From NCBI GenBank assembly GCA_965226375.1, contig CBDDCX010000008.1:832001-896000 (forward strand): a DNA stretch of 64,000 bases, given 5' to 3'. The stretch's first letter is position 1, and every line of letters begins with the position of its first letter. Shown here one piece after another: positions 9,321 to 18,287 of this stretch. The notes beneath the pieces are model-generated. The model did not search any database. It was given only the letters and a program-made list of their open reading frames with translations, and had not been told where the DNA came from. The translations under genes and the position numbers were made by a program. Origin of the DNA: Longimicrobiales bacterium (GTDB lineage Bacteria; Gemmatimonadota; Gemmatimonadetes; Longimicrobiales; Gaopeijiaceae).

Positions 9321-10514
9321 ATGACCACCTCAGCGCTTCGCCCGGTCCTGCTCGACGATCCTGTGGTCGCAGGCGGGGCCATCCGCTCGCTGTACGTCCA
9401 CGCACCCTTCTGTTCCCGCCGTTGCTTCTACTGTGACTTCGCGGTCAAAGTGGCGCCGCAGGGCGACCCGGGGGAATGGCTCCAGGCGATCGGCGGAGAG
9501 CTTCGCTCCCTGGAAGAGGAAGGGGTCTTCTTGCTCGACGCCTCTTTGGACACCGTGTACATAGGGGGTGGAACGCCGTCCCTCCTGGGTCCGGCGGCCA
9601 TGGATGGGATCCGACAGTTGGTGAACCCGACCCGCCTGGGATCGCCTCACCTGGAATGGACGAGCGAGGCGAACCCGGAGAGCTTTACGAGAGACGTGGC
9701 CGAGGGCTGGCGGCGCGCCGGCGTGAACCGCCTGAGCCTCGGAGTCCAGAGCCTGTACGAACCCGCGCTGCGTTGGATGGGGCGGCTCCACGGCGCGGCC
9801 GGGGCGGAACAGGCCGTTCGTACGGCCCGGGATGCCGGCTTCGCTAACGTCAGCGTGGACCTGATCTTCGGGCTGCCGGCGCACCTCGGCCGTGATCTGG
9901 GGCGGGATCTCGACGGAGTTCTGGCGCTGGAGGCCGATCATGTGAGCCTCTACGGACTGAGCGTCGAGTCGGAGACACCCTTGGGACGCGCCGTGGCCGA
10001 GGGCAGCGAGACCGTGGCCTCCGACGGGCGGTACGAGTCGGAGTACCTCACGGCCGTGCAACGCCTGACCGACGCCGGTTACGAGGCGTACGAGGTCTCG
10101 AACTTCGCCCGCCCCGGACGGGCCTCACGTCACAACCTGGTGTATTGGTCCGGAGAGCCGTATCTGGGGCTCGGGAATGGGGCACACAGCTACCGACACC
10201 CGGTGCGCCGGTGGAACCTCAGGGACTGGGACGCCTATCGGGTAGGGGCGGTCGGGGGCGCTCCTCCGGTAGCCGACCAGGAGGAGCTCGATGCCGACAA
10301 GTGCCGGCTCGAGCGCATCTGGCTGGGACTGCGTACGTGTAGGGGGGTGACGACCAGGGACCTTCCGATCGCCGCTCGGGAACGAGTGCAGCGGTGGGTT
10401 GGAGGTGGCCTCGCGGTGGAGGATCGGGAGGTCGTTCGACTGACTCCGGCGGGGTGGTTGATCATGGATCGCCTCACCGTCGAGCTCGACGGTGACGTGT
10501 CGGGCGTTGACTAG
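9321..10514 (+). CDS. hemW: Radical SAM heme chaperone HemW (HemN-like)
   Basis: YVHAPFCSRRCFYCDF, GGGTPS, YEVSNFA, HNLVYW; located upstream of hrcA. Confidence 0.88.
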   Translation: MTTSALRPVLLDDPVVAGGAIRSLYVHAPFCSRRCFYCDFAVKVAPQGDPGEWLQAIGGELRSLEEEGVFLLDASLDTVYIGGGTPSLLGPAAMDGIRQLVNPTRLGSPHLEWTSEANPESFTRDVAEGWRRAGVNRLSLGVQSLYEPALRWMGRLHGAAGAEQAVRTARDAGFANVSVDLIFGLPAHLGRDLGRDLDGVLALEADHVSLYGLSVESETPLGRAVAEGSETVASDGRYESEYLTAVQRLTDAGYEAYEVSNFARPGRASRHNLVYWSGEPYLGLGNGAHSYRHPVRRWNLRDWDAYRVGAVGGAPPVADQEELDADKCRLERIWLGLRTCRGVTTRDLPIAARERVQRWVGGGLAVEDREVVRLTPAGWLIMDRLTVELDGDVSGVD

Positions 10515-10587
10515 GTCCGCAGCAGAATTCGATCTTGTAACGCGACCCGCCGTAATTATTCAATAGCCTTTTAGGACCCGTGGGCAG

Positions 10588-11661
10588 ATGAGCCTTCAGA
10601 GGACGAAACCCGTCGGACAGGAGCTTTCCGACCGCGAGCGCCAGGTGCTCGAGGCCGTGGTCCGCACTTATGTGGATCGCGCCGAGCCGGCGGGGAGCCG
10701 CACCGTTGCGAAGAGGTTCGAGCTCGGAGTGTCGCCGGCTACCGTGCGCAATACGATGAGCGACCTCGAGTCGAAGGGCTATCTCTTCCACCCGCACACG
10801 TCGGCGGGGCGCATACCTACCGACCACGCGTACCGCTTCTATGTCGACCGCATCGTGCAGCCTGCAGCGCTTACCGACGCCGAGCGGGAACACCTGTCAA
10901 ACGAGATCGAGTCGTCTGGCTCTTCGGCCGTCGAGCGACTGGTCCAGCGCTCGATCCGGGCCCTGAGCCTCCTGTCACAGGAGTTGGGCGTAGCCGTCGC
11001 GCCCAGCCTGGCCGACGCTACTCTGGAGCACCTCGAGCTCATCCAGGTGTCGAGCGCCAAGATCCTCATGGTCATGACCATCCGAAGCGGGCTCGTCCGG
11101 ACGGTCTACGTCGACCTGCCCGGAGAGGTCCAGTCGGACGTCCTGACCAACGTCAGCCGGGTCCTGAACGAGAGACTGAGCGGTCTGACGCTTAGGGAGA
11201 TCCGTGAGACGATGCCGGACCGGCTTAGGGATTCCTCGCCCGACGACGGGTCGGGGACCGGGGAGCTGCTGAACATTTTCATGCAGTCGAGCTCGGAGCT
11301 GTTCGAGTGGCCTTCGACTGAGGCGGGCTCGGTTCAGCTGGGTCAGACGAGCGTGCTGGCGGCTCAGCCGGAATTCACCAGTGGCGAGCGACTGAAGGGG
11401 CTCATCGAGCTCACCGAGCAGCGGGACCTGCTTGCGCAGGTTCTGGGTAGCCGTGAGCACAAGGGCGGGCTCCAGATCACCATCGGCGGTGAACACGCCG
11501 CCGAGGCCCTCGCCGACTTCACGCTCGTGACCGCCGAATACCGCGTCGGTGGACTGAAGGGGGTAATCGGGGTCATTGGACCGACCCGCATGCCGTACGA
11601 GAAGGTGATCGCCATCGTTGACTATACTTCGACGCTGGTCAACAGCGTCCTCGGCGCTTAG
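10588..11661 (+). CDS. hrcA: Heat-inducible transcription repressor HrcA
   Basis: SPATVRNTMSDLE, PHTSAGRIPT, GVIGPTRMPY. Confidence 0.96.
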   Translation: MSLQRTKPVGQELSDRERQVLEAVVRTYVDRAEPAGSRTVAKRFELGVSPATVRNTMSDLESKGYLFHPHTSAGRIPTDHAYRFYVDRIVQPAALTDAEREHLSNEIESSGSSAVERLVQRSIRALSLLSQELGVAVAPSLADATLEHLELIQVSSAKILMVMTIRSGLVRTVYVDLPGEVQSDVLTNVSRVLNERLSGLTLREIRETMPDRLRDSSPDDGSGTGELLNIFMQSSSELFEWPSTEAGSVQLGQTSVLAAQPEFTSGERLKGLIELTEQRDLLAQVLGSREHKGGLQITIGGEHAAEALADFTLVTAEYRVGGLKGVIGVIGPTRMPYEKVIAIVDYTSTLVNSVLGA

Positions 11662-11723
11662 AAGGCTCCGCAACGCGCCCCACCTTACCTCTTGAACAAG
11701 CTTATAGGGACATACACCAAGTA

Positions 11724-12881
11724 ATGGCCGACTACTACCAACTACTGGGCATTCCCAGGGATGCCAATTCGGATGACATCAAGAAGGCGTATCGCAAACT
11801 CGCCCTCAAGTATCATCCCGATCGCAACCAGGGTGGCTCCAAAGAGACCGAGGACCGCTTTAAGGAGGCAACGGAGGCGTATGAGGTGCTCCGTGACTCG
11901 GAGAAGCGCTCCGTGTACGACCGTTACGGGGAGCAGGGACTCAAGAGGGGTGCCGGTGGGCCTGCGGGTGGCTTCGACTTTGCGGATGCCATCGAGGTCT
12001 TCATGCGTGATTTCGGTGGCTTTGGCGGGCTGGAGGATCTCTTCGGTGGGCGACAGAGGGGCTCGTCCGGGTCGCCCCGGAAGGGACAGGCCATCAAGGT
12101 GAAGGTCCCGCTGACGCTGCTCGAAGTCGCCACGGGCGTCACCAAGACCCTCCGAGTGGCCGTCCTGGGGTCCTGCGAGGGCTGTGACGGCAGCGGGGCG
12201 GCAGAGGGATCGGGGCCTGTGGCCTGCACCACGTGCGGCGGGTCCGGCGAAGAGCGGCACGTCCAACGATCTGTGTTCGGGCAGTTCGTGAGCGTGGCGC
12301 CGTGCCGGACGTGCGCCGGCGAGGGTCGCGTGATCGACCGGCCTTGCACCAAGTGCAACGGAGACGGACGGACGCGCATGCATCGGGAGATCGACGTGGA
12401 GATCCCCCCCGGTGTGACGTCCGAGAACTTCCTGACCCTTCGAGGTGAGGGAAACCAGGGACCCAGGGGTGGCCCCAATGGTGACATCATCGTTCTACTC
12501 GTGGTGGAGGATGACACCCCCTTTGTCAGGGACGGCCCTCATCTTCGTTATGAGCTCCCGGTCACCTTCGCCCAGGCGGCCCTGGGGACCGAGGTGGAGG
12601 TTCCGACCGTGGAAGGCACCGTGCGACTCACCATCCCGCCCGGAGTCCAGAGTGGCGAGGTGCTACGGCTCCGTGGGCGAGGGCTTCCGGAGCTGAACGG
12701 CCGCAGCAAGGGAGACCAGCTTGTCCGCATCGTGGTGTGGACCCCTGATCGTCTTTCGGTGGAGCAGGAAGAGGTGCTCCAGGCCCTGCGTGATGTCGAG
12801 GATCCCGCTCCCGAACATATCCGGGGCGAGTCCCGAAGGAGCCTGTGGTCACGCGTGCAGGAGGCGTTTACGCAGGCGTGA
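11724..12881 (+). CDS. dnaJ: Chaperone DnaJ
   Basis: J domain with HPD, G/F region, four CxxCxGxG repeats. Confidence 0.97.
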   Translation: MADYYQLLGIPRDANSDDIKKAYRKLALKYHPDRNQGGSKETEDRFKEATEAYEVLRDSEKRSVYDRYGEQGLKRGAGGPAGGFDFADAIEVFMRDFGGFGGLEDLFGGRQRGSSGSPRKGQAIKVKVPLTLLEVATGVTKTLRVAVLGSCEGCDGSGAAEGSGPVACTTCGGSGEERHVQRSVFGQFVSVAPCRTCAGEGRVIDRPCTKCNGDGRTRMHREIDVEIPPGVTSENFLTLRGEGNQGPRGGPNGDIIVLLVVEDDTPFVRDGPHLRYELPVTFAQAALGTEVEVPTVEGTVRLTIPPGVQSGEVLRLRGRGLPELNGRSKGDQLVRIVVWTPDRLSVEQEEVLQALRDVEDPAPEHIRGESRRSLWSRVQEAFTQA

Positions 12882-13574
12882 CCGAACCGCAGGGCTCCTC
12901 GGGTTCCGTTCCGGAGCGCTGGTTCGTTCTGTCTGTTCGTTCCGATTCGCCCCACGGTGTGGATCTTCTGGTCGATCCGTTGATGTCGCTGGGTGCGCGC
13001 GCCGTGGAGGAACGGGACGGCGAGCTGATCACCCACCTTCCGCCCCCGGACCGGCCGGAGGAATTTCTCCAGCGTGTCCGGACGATCCTTCAGGCCGCTA
13101 CCGGCCTCGAGGATCTTCAACTCGGTTGGTCTTGGCAGGCGCATGAGGACTGGGCATCGACCTGGAAGCAGGGCCTCGCCCCTCGCAGGCTCACCGAGCG
13201 ACTGGTAGTGTCCCCGAGCTGGTGCGAGGACGAGGCGCGTGACCTCGCGGGCCAGGATGCCGTGGTGGTCATCATAGACCCCGGGATGGCCTTCGGGACC
13301 GCCGAGCACGGGACGACCCGGGGCGCCCTGCGGCTGCTGGACCGTGCGCTCCGTTCCGGACAGGTCCTTCTTGACGCCGGATGCGGATCGGCGATCCTGG
13401 CCATCTCCGCGGCGCGGCTGGGTGCGGCGCAGGTGCTGGTGGTGGACCTGGATACGTACGCGACCGAAGCGGCTCGGGAAAACGTGGACGCCAACGGTGT
13501 CGCCGATCGTGTCACGGTCGAAACGACCGCGGTGAGCTCGGACTGGATCGTACGACGAGGCTCATTTGACGGGA

Positions 13575-14643
13575 AAGGGGGTATTCCCTTAAGTCCACCG
13601 ACCCCAAGATATAGTGGTTACCGGGGCTCTGCGGGCCGTTTCCCACGTCCGGTGCCGAGGTAAAGGGCCGAAGCTGGCGTGGGAGCACACTGAACAGCCT
13701 GCTCAAGCAAGCGGTAGAACAACAGGCCGCGAGCCCGGGATGTGCGTCGGTTGAAGCGAAAGGTGAACTCGTCCAGATAGTAGGGGAGGTGTTCGCGGGC
13801 GATCCCTCCTTGGAGGGTTCCGAGGACCCAGCGCTTGAGGAGAGACGCCACCCGATGTACGGCCGACATGAGCACGTGAGCGGGATCGCCGGAGGTCGAG
13901 AGGTTCGTGACCGTGTGGCGAAAGCCCAGTTTGGCGAGTCCCTGATAGCTTGGCCATCCGTCGGTATGCACCGTGCTTGCCGGTGCGATGCTATCCTTGA
14001 CGAAGCCTCGCAGAACCGGAGCGGAGAGGTCGGGCACCCAACGCAGCCGTATTCTCCCGATCTTGCGTCCGTCGACCTCGGCGGCGATCGCGACGATGGC
14101 CTTCTTGATCGTCTCGCGGCCCCGCACTCCAGCCTCCACGCCCCCGACATAGCTCTCGTCCACTTGCACAACGCCGCTCAGCTGGTCGCGATCCGGTCGG
14201 ACCATGGCCCGGCGGAGCTTGTGGAGCCAGACCCACGCTGTCTTGTAGCTTCCCAGTCCGAGCACGCGCTGGAGCCCGAGAGCATTGGCTCCGTATTTCT
14301 GGCTCGTGAGCTCCCAGGCAGCGAGAAACCACAGACGCAGGGGCGAGCGCGTGCGGTGGAACACGGTTCCCGCCAGCACCGAGGTCTGCCTTCGACAGTG
14401 TGGGCAGACGAGACGCCCCCGCGATGCTCGCCAGACCTCTCCCAACCCGCCACAGCCCACGCACACAAACCCTTCCGGCCAGCGCAGACCCTCCACGTAC
14501 TCCAGGCATGCCGCATCGTCGGGGAAGAACTCGTCCAGCTCCAGCCGCGTACGGGGATAGTCCACGCCGCCACGGAGCTGAGAAGCCGGAACCGCCATGA
14601 CCACAACATGTAGTGGGCGGTGGACTTAAGGCAATACCCCATT
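13575..14643 (-). mobile_element. IS1595-family insertion sequence (ISSod11-like), ~1.07 kb
   Basis: 23-bp TIRs GGGGTATTCCCTTAAGTCCACCG (13578-13600) and CGGTGGACTTAAGGCAATACCCC (14618-14640), 1 mismatch; direct repeat TTGACGGGA at 13566-13574 and 14642-14650 (exact TSD 7-9 bp ambiguous); single transposase. Confidence 0.93.
13618..14598 (-). CDS. IS1595-family DDE transposase
   Basis: Zn ribbon (CVGC...CPHC), QVDESYVGG, VHTDGW, HRVASLLKRW, YLDEFTFRFNRR; ATG at 14598 (alternative GTG 14604). Confidence 0.93.
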   Translation of the reverse strand: MAVPASQLRGGVDYPRTRLELDEFFPDDAACLEYVEGLRWPEGFVCVGCGGLGEVWRASRGRLVCPHCRRQTSVLAGTVFHRTRSPLRLWFLAAWELTSQKYGANALGLQRVLGLGSYKTAWVWLHKLRRAMVRPDRDQLSGVVQVDESYVGGVEAGVRGRETIKKAIVAIAAEVDGRKIGRIRLRWVPDLSAPVLRGFVKDSIAPASTVHTDGWPSYQGLAKLGFRHTVTNLSTSGDPAHVLMSAVHRVASLLKRWVLGTLQGGIAREHLPYYLDEFTFRFNRRTSRARGLLFYRLLEQAVQCAPTPASALYLGTGRGKRPAEPR

Positions 14644-14866
14644 GACGGGATTCTGGCCAACATCCAAACGGAGGTGCTGATCCCCTTTCTCGCGAGCTTC
14701 GCCGTGGCCCTCGAGCGGGACGGGTGGATGATCCTGAGCGGCATCCTGTACGAGGAATGGTCTCGGCTGGCCGACGCTGTCACCGAGGCGGGTTTCTCTC
14801 TCGAGGCGATGGACAGCGACGGGGAGTGGAGAACCGGGTGGTTCACGATCACGCAGGGATCCTGAT

Positions 14867-15304
14867 TCACAGTCTCGGCAGATCGGCGGGGCTCGCCGAG
14901 CCGCCGAGAACCGCGGACTCGCGCTCCATGAGTAGCAGCCACCGGGCCGTAGCCATCGCGGAGCCCTGATCCACCTGGCGTCCCACGGAGCGCAGCGTTT
15001 CGGACAAGCGAGCCCGGGCGGGCGAGCAGGGTCTTTGGTGCGGCCGGAGGCCGAGGACCCAGCGGTCGAGGGTCCATGCCTCGGCTCCGCTGGCGATGGT
15101 CCGCCCCCCACGCCAGGGTCCAACCCACGGATCCAGCACTCGAAAGAGCTCGGGGCTGCCCTTGAGCTCGCGGAGCACCCGTTCCGGGCCACCGGTCGCC
15201 GTGACGGTCTCTCGTTCCAGGGCTTCGACCAGAAGCCGCAATGGAAGCGCCGGAGATGTGGAGCGCCAAAGGATCTCCTGGGCGTGCTCGGACAGGGTCT
15301 TCAT
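14867..15304 (-). CDS. Hypothetical protein (145 aa)
   Basis: ATG with GGAGG RBS on - strand; fills the gap between prmA and the YqeY gene; no recognised motif. Confidence 0.6.
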   Translation of the reverse strand: MKTLSEHAQEILWRSTSPALPLRLLVEALERETVTATGGPERVLRELKGSPELFRVLDPWVGPWRGGRTIASGAEAWTLDRWVLGLRPHQRPCSPARARLSETLRSVGRQVDQGSAMATARWLLLMERESAVLGGSASPADLPRL

Positions 15305-15445
15305 GAGTCCTCCAGTGATTGATGGATAGGCCGACTAGACACGAATACGTGGTATTGCCGGACAGCTGAATAGCTAGAAGGGACGCGGACTTTCCGGAAC
15401 GGGGTCGCGTTGACCCCCCCAGGGGCTTCGGATAGCTTCAGCCCC

Positions 15446-15883
15446 ATGTCGACAGATCTCAAGAAACAGATACAGAATGATCTGATCGAGGCCCGAAAGG
15501 CGCGTGACCGGCTCCGGACCGTGGTGATTACCACACTCCTTTCCGAGGTCAGAAACCGCGAAATCGACGCGCGAGGCGAGCTGGATCACGCGGGTGTAGA
15601 AGCGGTGGTCACACGCGCGATCAAGCAGCGACGTGACGCGTCCGAACAGATGAGAGCCGGTGGGCGCCCCGCATTGGCGGAAAAAGAAGAAGCCGAGGCC
15701 GAGATTCTCCAGGCCTACCTTCCGCCACCCCTGACCGAGGCGGAGGTCCGGGTGTTGGTGCAGAGTGCCATCGCCGGAGGAGCCGACCAGTTGGGAGCCC
15801 TCATGGGGCAGGTCATGCCTCAACTCCGAGGACGCTTCGACGGCAAAGAGGCCAACCGCATCGTTCGGGAGGAGCTGGGGTGA
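15446..15883 (+). CDS. GatB/YqeY domain protein
   Basis: IKQRRDASEQMRAGGR, LQAYLP, GALMGQVM..LRGRFDG. Confidence 0.9.
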   Translation: MSTDLKKQIQNDLIEARKARDRLRTVVITTLLSEVRNREIDARGELDHAGVEAVVTRAIKQRRDASEQMRAGGRPALAEKEEAEAEILQAYLPPPLTEAEVRVLVQSAIAGGADQLGALMGQVMPQLRGRFDGKEANRIVREELG

Positions 15884-15929
15884 GAGGCGGGCCGCTCCCT
15901 CGGGGGCCGACGGTTCGGGAGTTGGTCGG

Positions 15930-18287
15930 ATGAGCGAGCACGCGCTCGCCGTGCTTGATTTTCCACGGGCCCTGGAGCTGGTCGCGCGGCACGCCACGTC
16001 CGAGGCCGGCGGACAGGCGGTTCTCTCCCTCCGGCCCCGTACCGATCGCGATTGGCTGGAGCGCGAGCTTGCACGTGTCGCCGAGACGGGGGCGTTCAGC
16101 GAGTCTCTGTCCCCTTGGGCTCCACCGCCGATCCCCGATTGCGCCGAAGCCCTCTCGCGCCTGGGCGTGGACGGATCCGCGCTCGAGGCGATGGAGCTGC
16201 ATTCGGTAGGAGTCCTTCTCGCCTCGTGCGGTCAATTGGCCCTTCCGTTGGGTACCCACCGCGAAGACTTTCCCGAGCTCGGCTTTCTGGGAGATCGGCT
16301 CCACCGGGATCCACAGATGGTCGCTCGGGTCGAAAAGACCGTCGATGCGACAGGCGAGGTCTTGGACACCGCGAGCCCCGACCTGCAACGAATCCGCGGC
16401 CGCCTCCGCGGTGCGCACTCGAAGATCGTCCGCAAGCTCGAGGCGTTCGTGCGTGATCTCCCCGAACGGTATACGGTCCTCGACGCCTCCATCGGGGTCC
16501 GCGAGGGCCGGTACGTGGTCCCCGTCCGTAGAGAGGGCAAGAAGGAGGTCGGAGGCATCGTCCACGACGAGTCGCACACGGGCGCGACACTGTTCGTGGA
16601 GCCGCCGGTAGCTCTGGCCCTGACGAACGAGTTGAGGGCACTCGAGCGAGAGGAGGCCCGCGAGGTCCATCGGGTTCTCATCGAGGTCACCCAGCTCTTG
16701 CGTCCGAGCCGCGATGCGCTGATCGGCAGCCTCGACGCGCTGGTCGAGTTCGACTCCCTGTACGCAAGGGCGCGAGCGGCCGTGCATTGGGGGGCGGCGG
16801 TCCCCGTTTTCGTCGACGACGGCCAGGGGTTGGTCGTGGTGCGGGGCAGGCATCCCCTACTTCTCTCCGGCTCCGACAAGGATGTCGTGCCGTTTCACCT
16901 CGCGCTCGATCCGGGGGAACACGTGCTCGTGGTCTCCGGGCCCAACACGGGGGGCAAGAGCGTCTTTCTCAAGTCGGTCGGTCTCATCACGGTGCTGGCA
17001 CAGAGCGGAGTGATTCCGCCGGTCGACCAGGGTACTCGTCTGCCCATCTTCCAATCGTTCTTCGCGGACATCGGTGACGAGCAGTCCATCGCGGAGAGCT
17101 TGTCGACGTTCTCGGCTCACCTCGCGAACTGGCGAGAAGTCGCGGAGCGGGCCGACCAGGGTTCCCTCGTGCTCCTGGACGAGATGGGCACGGGGACGGA
17201 CCCGACGGAAGGGGCTGCACTCTCCATGGCGCTCCTCGAGCATCTGGTGAAGCGTGGTGCCACGGCCATCGTCACCTCTCACCTGGGTGCGCTCAAGCGA
17301 TTGGACGCTGACGGCAGCGGGATCGTCAATGCGTCTCTCCAGTTCGATCCGGATCGCATGGAGCCGACCTATGAGCTGGTGAAGGGCCGGCCTGGACGCA
17401 GCTACGGCCTGGCTATCGCACGTCGGCTGGGACTTCCGGCTGCCCTGCTGGACCGGGCCGATGAGAACATGTCGGGCGGTGAGTCGTCCATCGAAGACCT
17501 TCTGGAGCGTCTTGAGCGGAAGGACAAGGAGGCCCGGGAGCTGGTGGCTTCCCTGGAGCATGAGCGAGGGGTGGTGGTACGGCTCCGTGCGGAACTCGAG
17601 GTCCGTGAGTCCGATCTTCGCGCCGAGGAGCGCGAAGCCGAGCGCAAGGCCAGGGACGAGGCACGCCAGCTGCTCATGGAGGCGCGGGGTGAGGTCGAGG
17701 AGGCCATCCGCGAAGTGAAGGAGGCCAAGACCACCGAGGACATCCAGCAGGTGGCGCGGAAGGCCCGTCGCAAGGTCGAGCAGGCCGCCCGGCGCCAACG
17801 TGAGCTACGACCCGGTAAGCGGCGTGCCGGCGGAGCCTCCGACCTGGCTTCGGGCGACCGGGTAAGAGTGTTGGACGGGGGCCCAAAGGGCGTCGTGATG
17901 GAGATTCGGGATGATCGGGCCGTAATCGACGCGTCCGGCATCAGGATGAAGGTACCCCTGGCCGATCTGGAGCTTCTCGACGGTGTGGCTGGTCAGGGTG
18001 GGGGGCACAAGGCGGCGGTGTCGTGGAGCGCTCCCGAGGGCCCGGTTCGCACCGAGGTCGATCTCCGCGGTTTCCGGGTCGACGAAGTGGAGCGAAGACT
18101 CTTCCAGGCCATGGACGAGGCGATCCTGAATGAACTCCCCGAACTCAGAATCATCCACGGTAAGGGTACGGGAGCGGTCCGGTCCCGCGTGACGGAGATA
18201 TTGGAGAGTGACGGCAGGGTCTCGGCGTTCCGCCTCGGCGGGCGCATGGAAGGCGGGGCCGGAGTCACCGTGGCGAGCTTCAAGTGA
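15930..18287 (+). CDS. mutS2: MutS2 (MutS ATPase + C-terminal Smr domain)
   Basis: SGPNTGGKS, DIGDEQSI, LSTFSAH, LLDEMGTGTDP, Smr DLRG...IIHGKGTG. Confidence 0.94.
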   Translation: MSEHALAVLDFPRALELVARHATSEAGGQAVLSLRPRTDRDWLERELARVAETGAFSESLSPWAPPPIPDCAEALSRLGVDGSALEAMELHSVGVLLASCGQLALPLGTHREDFPELGFLGDRLHRDPQMVARVEKTVDATGEVLDTASPDLQRIRGRLRGAHSKIVRKLEAFVRDLPERYTVLDASIGVREGRYVVPVRREGKKEVGGIVHDESHTGATLFVEPPVALALTNELRALEREEAREVHRVLIEVTQLLRPSRDALIGSLDALVEFDSLYARARAAVHWGAAVPVFVDDGQGLVVVRGRHPLLLSGSDKDVVPFHLALDPGEHVLVVSGPNTGGKSVFLKSVGLITVLAQSGVIPPVDQGTRLPIFQSFFADIGDEQSIAESLSTFSAHLANWREVAERADQGSLVLLDEMGTGTDPTEGAALSMALLEHLVKRGATAIVTSHLGALKRLDADGSGIVNASLQFDPDRMEPTYELVKGRPGRSYGLAIARRLGLPAALLDRADENMSGGESSIEDLLERLERKDKEARELVASLEHERGVVVRLRAELEVRESDLRAEEREAERKARDEARQLLMEARGEVEEAIREVKEAKTTEDIQQVARKARRKVEQAARRQRELRPGKRRAGGASDLASGDRVRVLDGGPKGVVMEIRDDRAVIDASGIRMKVPLADLELLDGVAGQGGGHKAAVSWSAPEGPVRTEVDLRGFRVDEVERRLFQAMDEAILNELPELRIIHGKGTGAVRSRVTEILESDGRVSAFRLGGRMEGGAGVTVASFK

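Larger units (their letters stand above)
12878..14865 (+). pseudogene. prmA: Ribosomal protein L11 methyltransferase PrmA interrupted by an IS1595-family element
   Basis: 5' part has DPGMAFGTAEHGTT and LDAGCGSAILAI up to ...RRGSFDG; 3' part ILANIQ...ILSGIL resumes after the IS; removing 13575..14650 restores the frame (SFDGILANI). Confidence 0.92.

Noticed and set aside
11690..11723. Sigma32-like promoter (CTTGAA) before dnaJ
   Set aside because: No CCCCAT-like -10 at a suitable distance.
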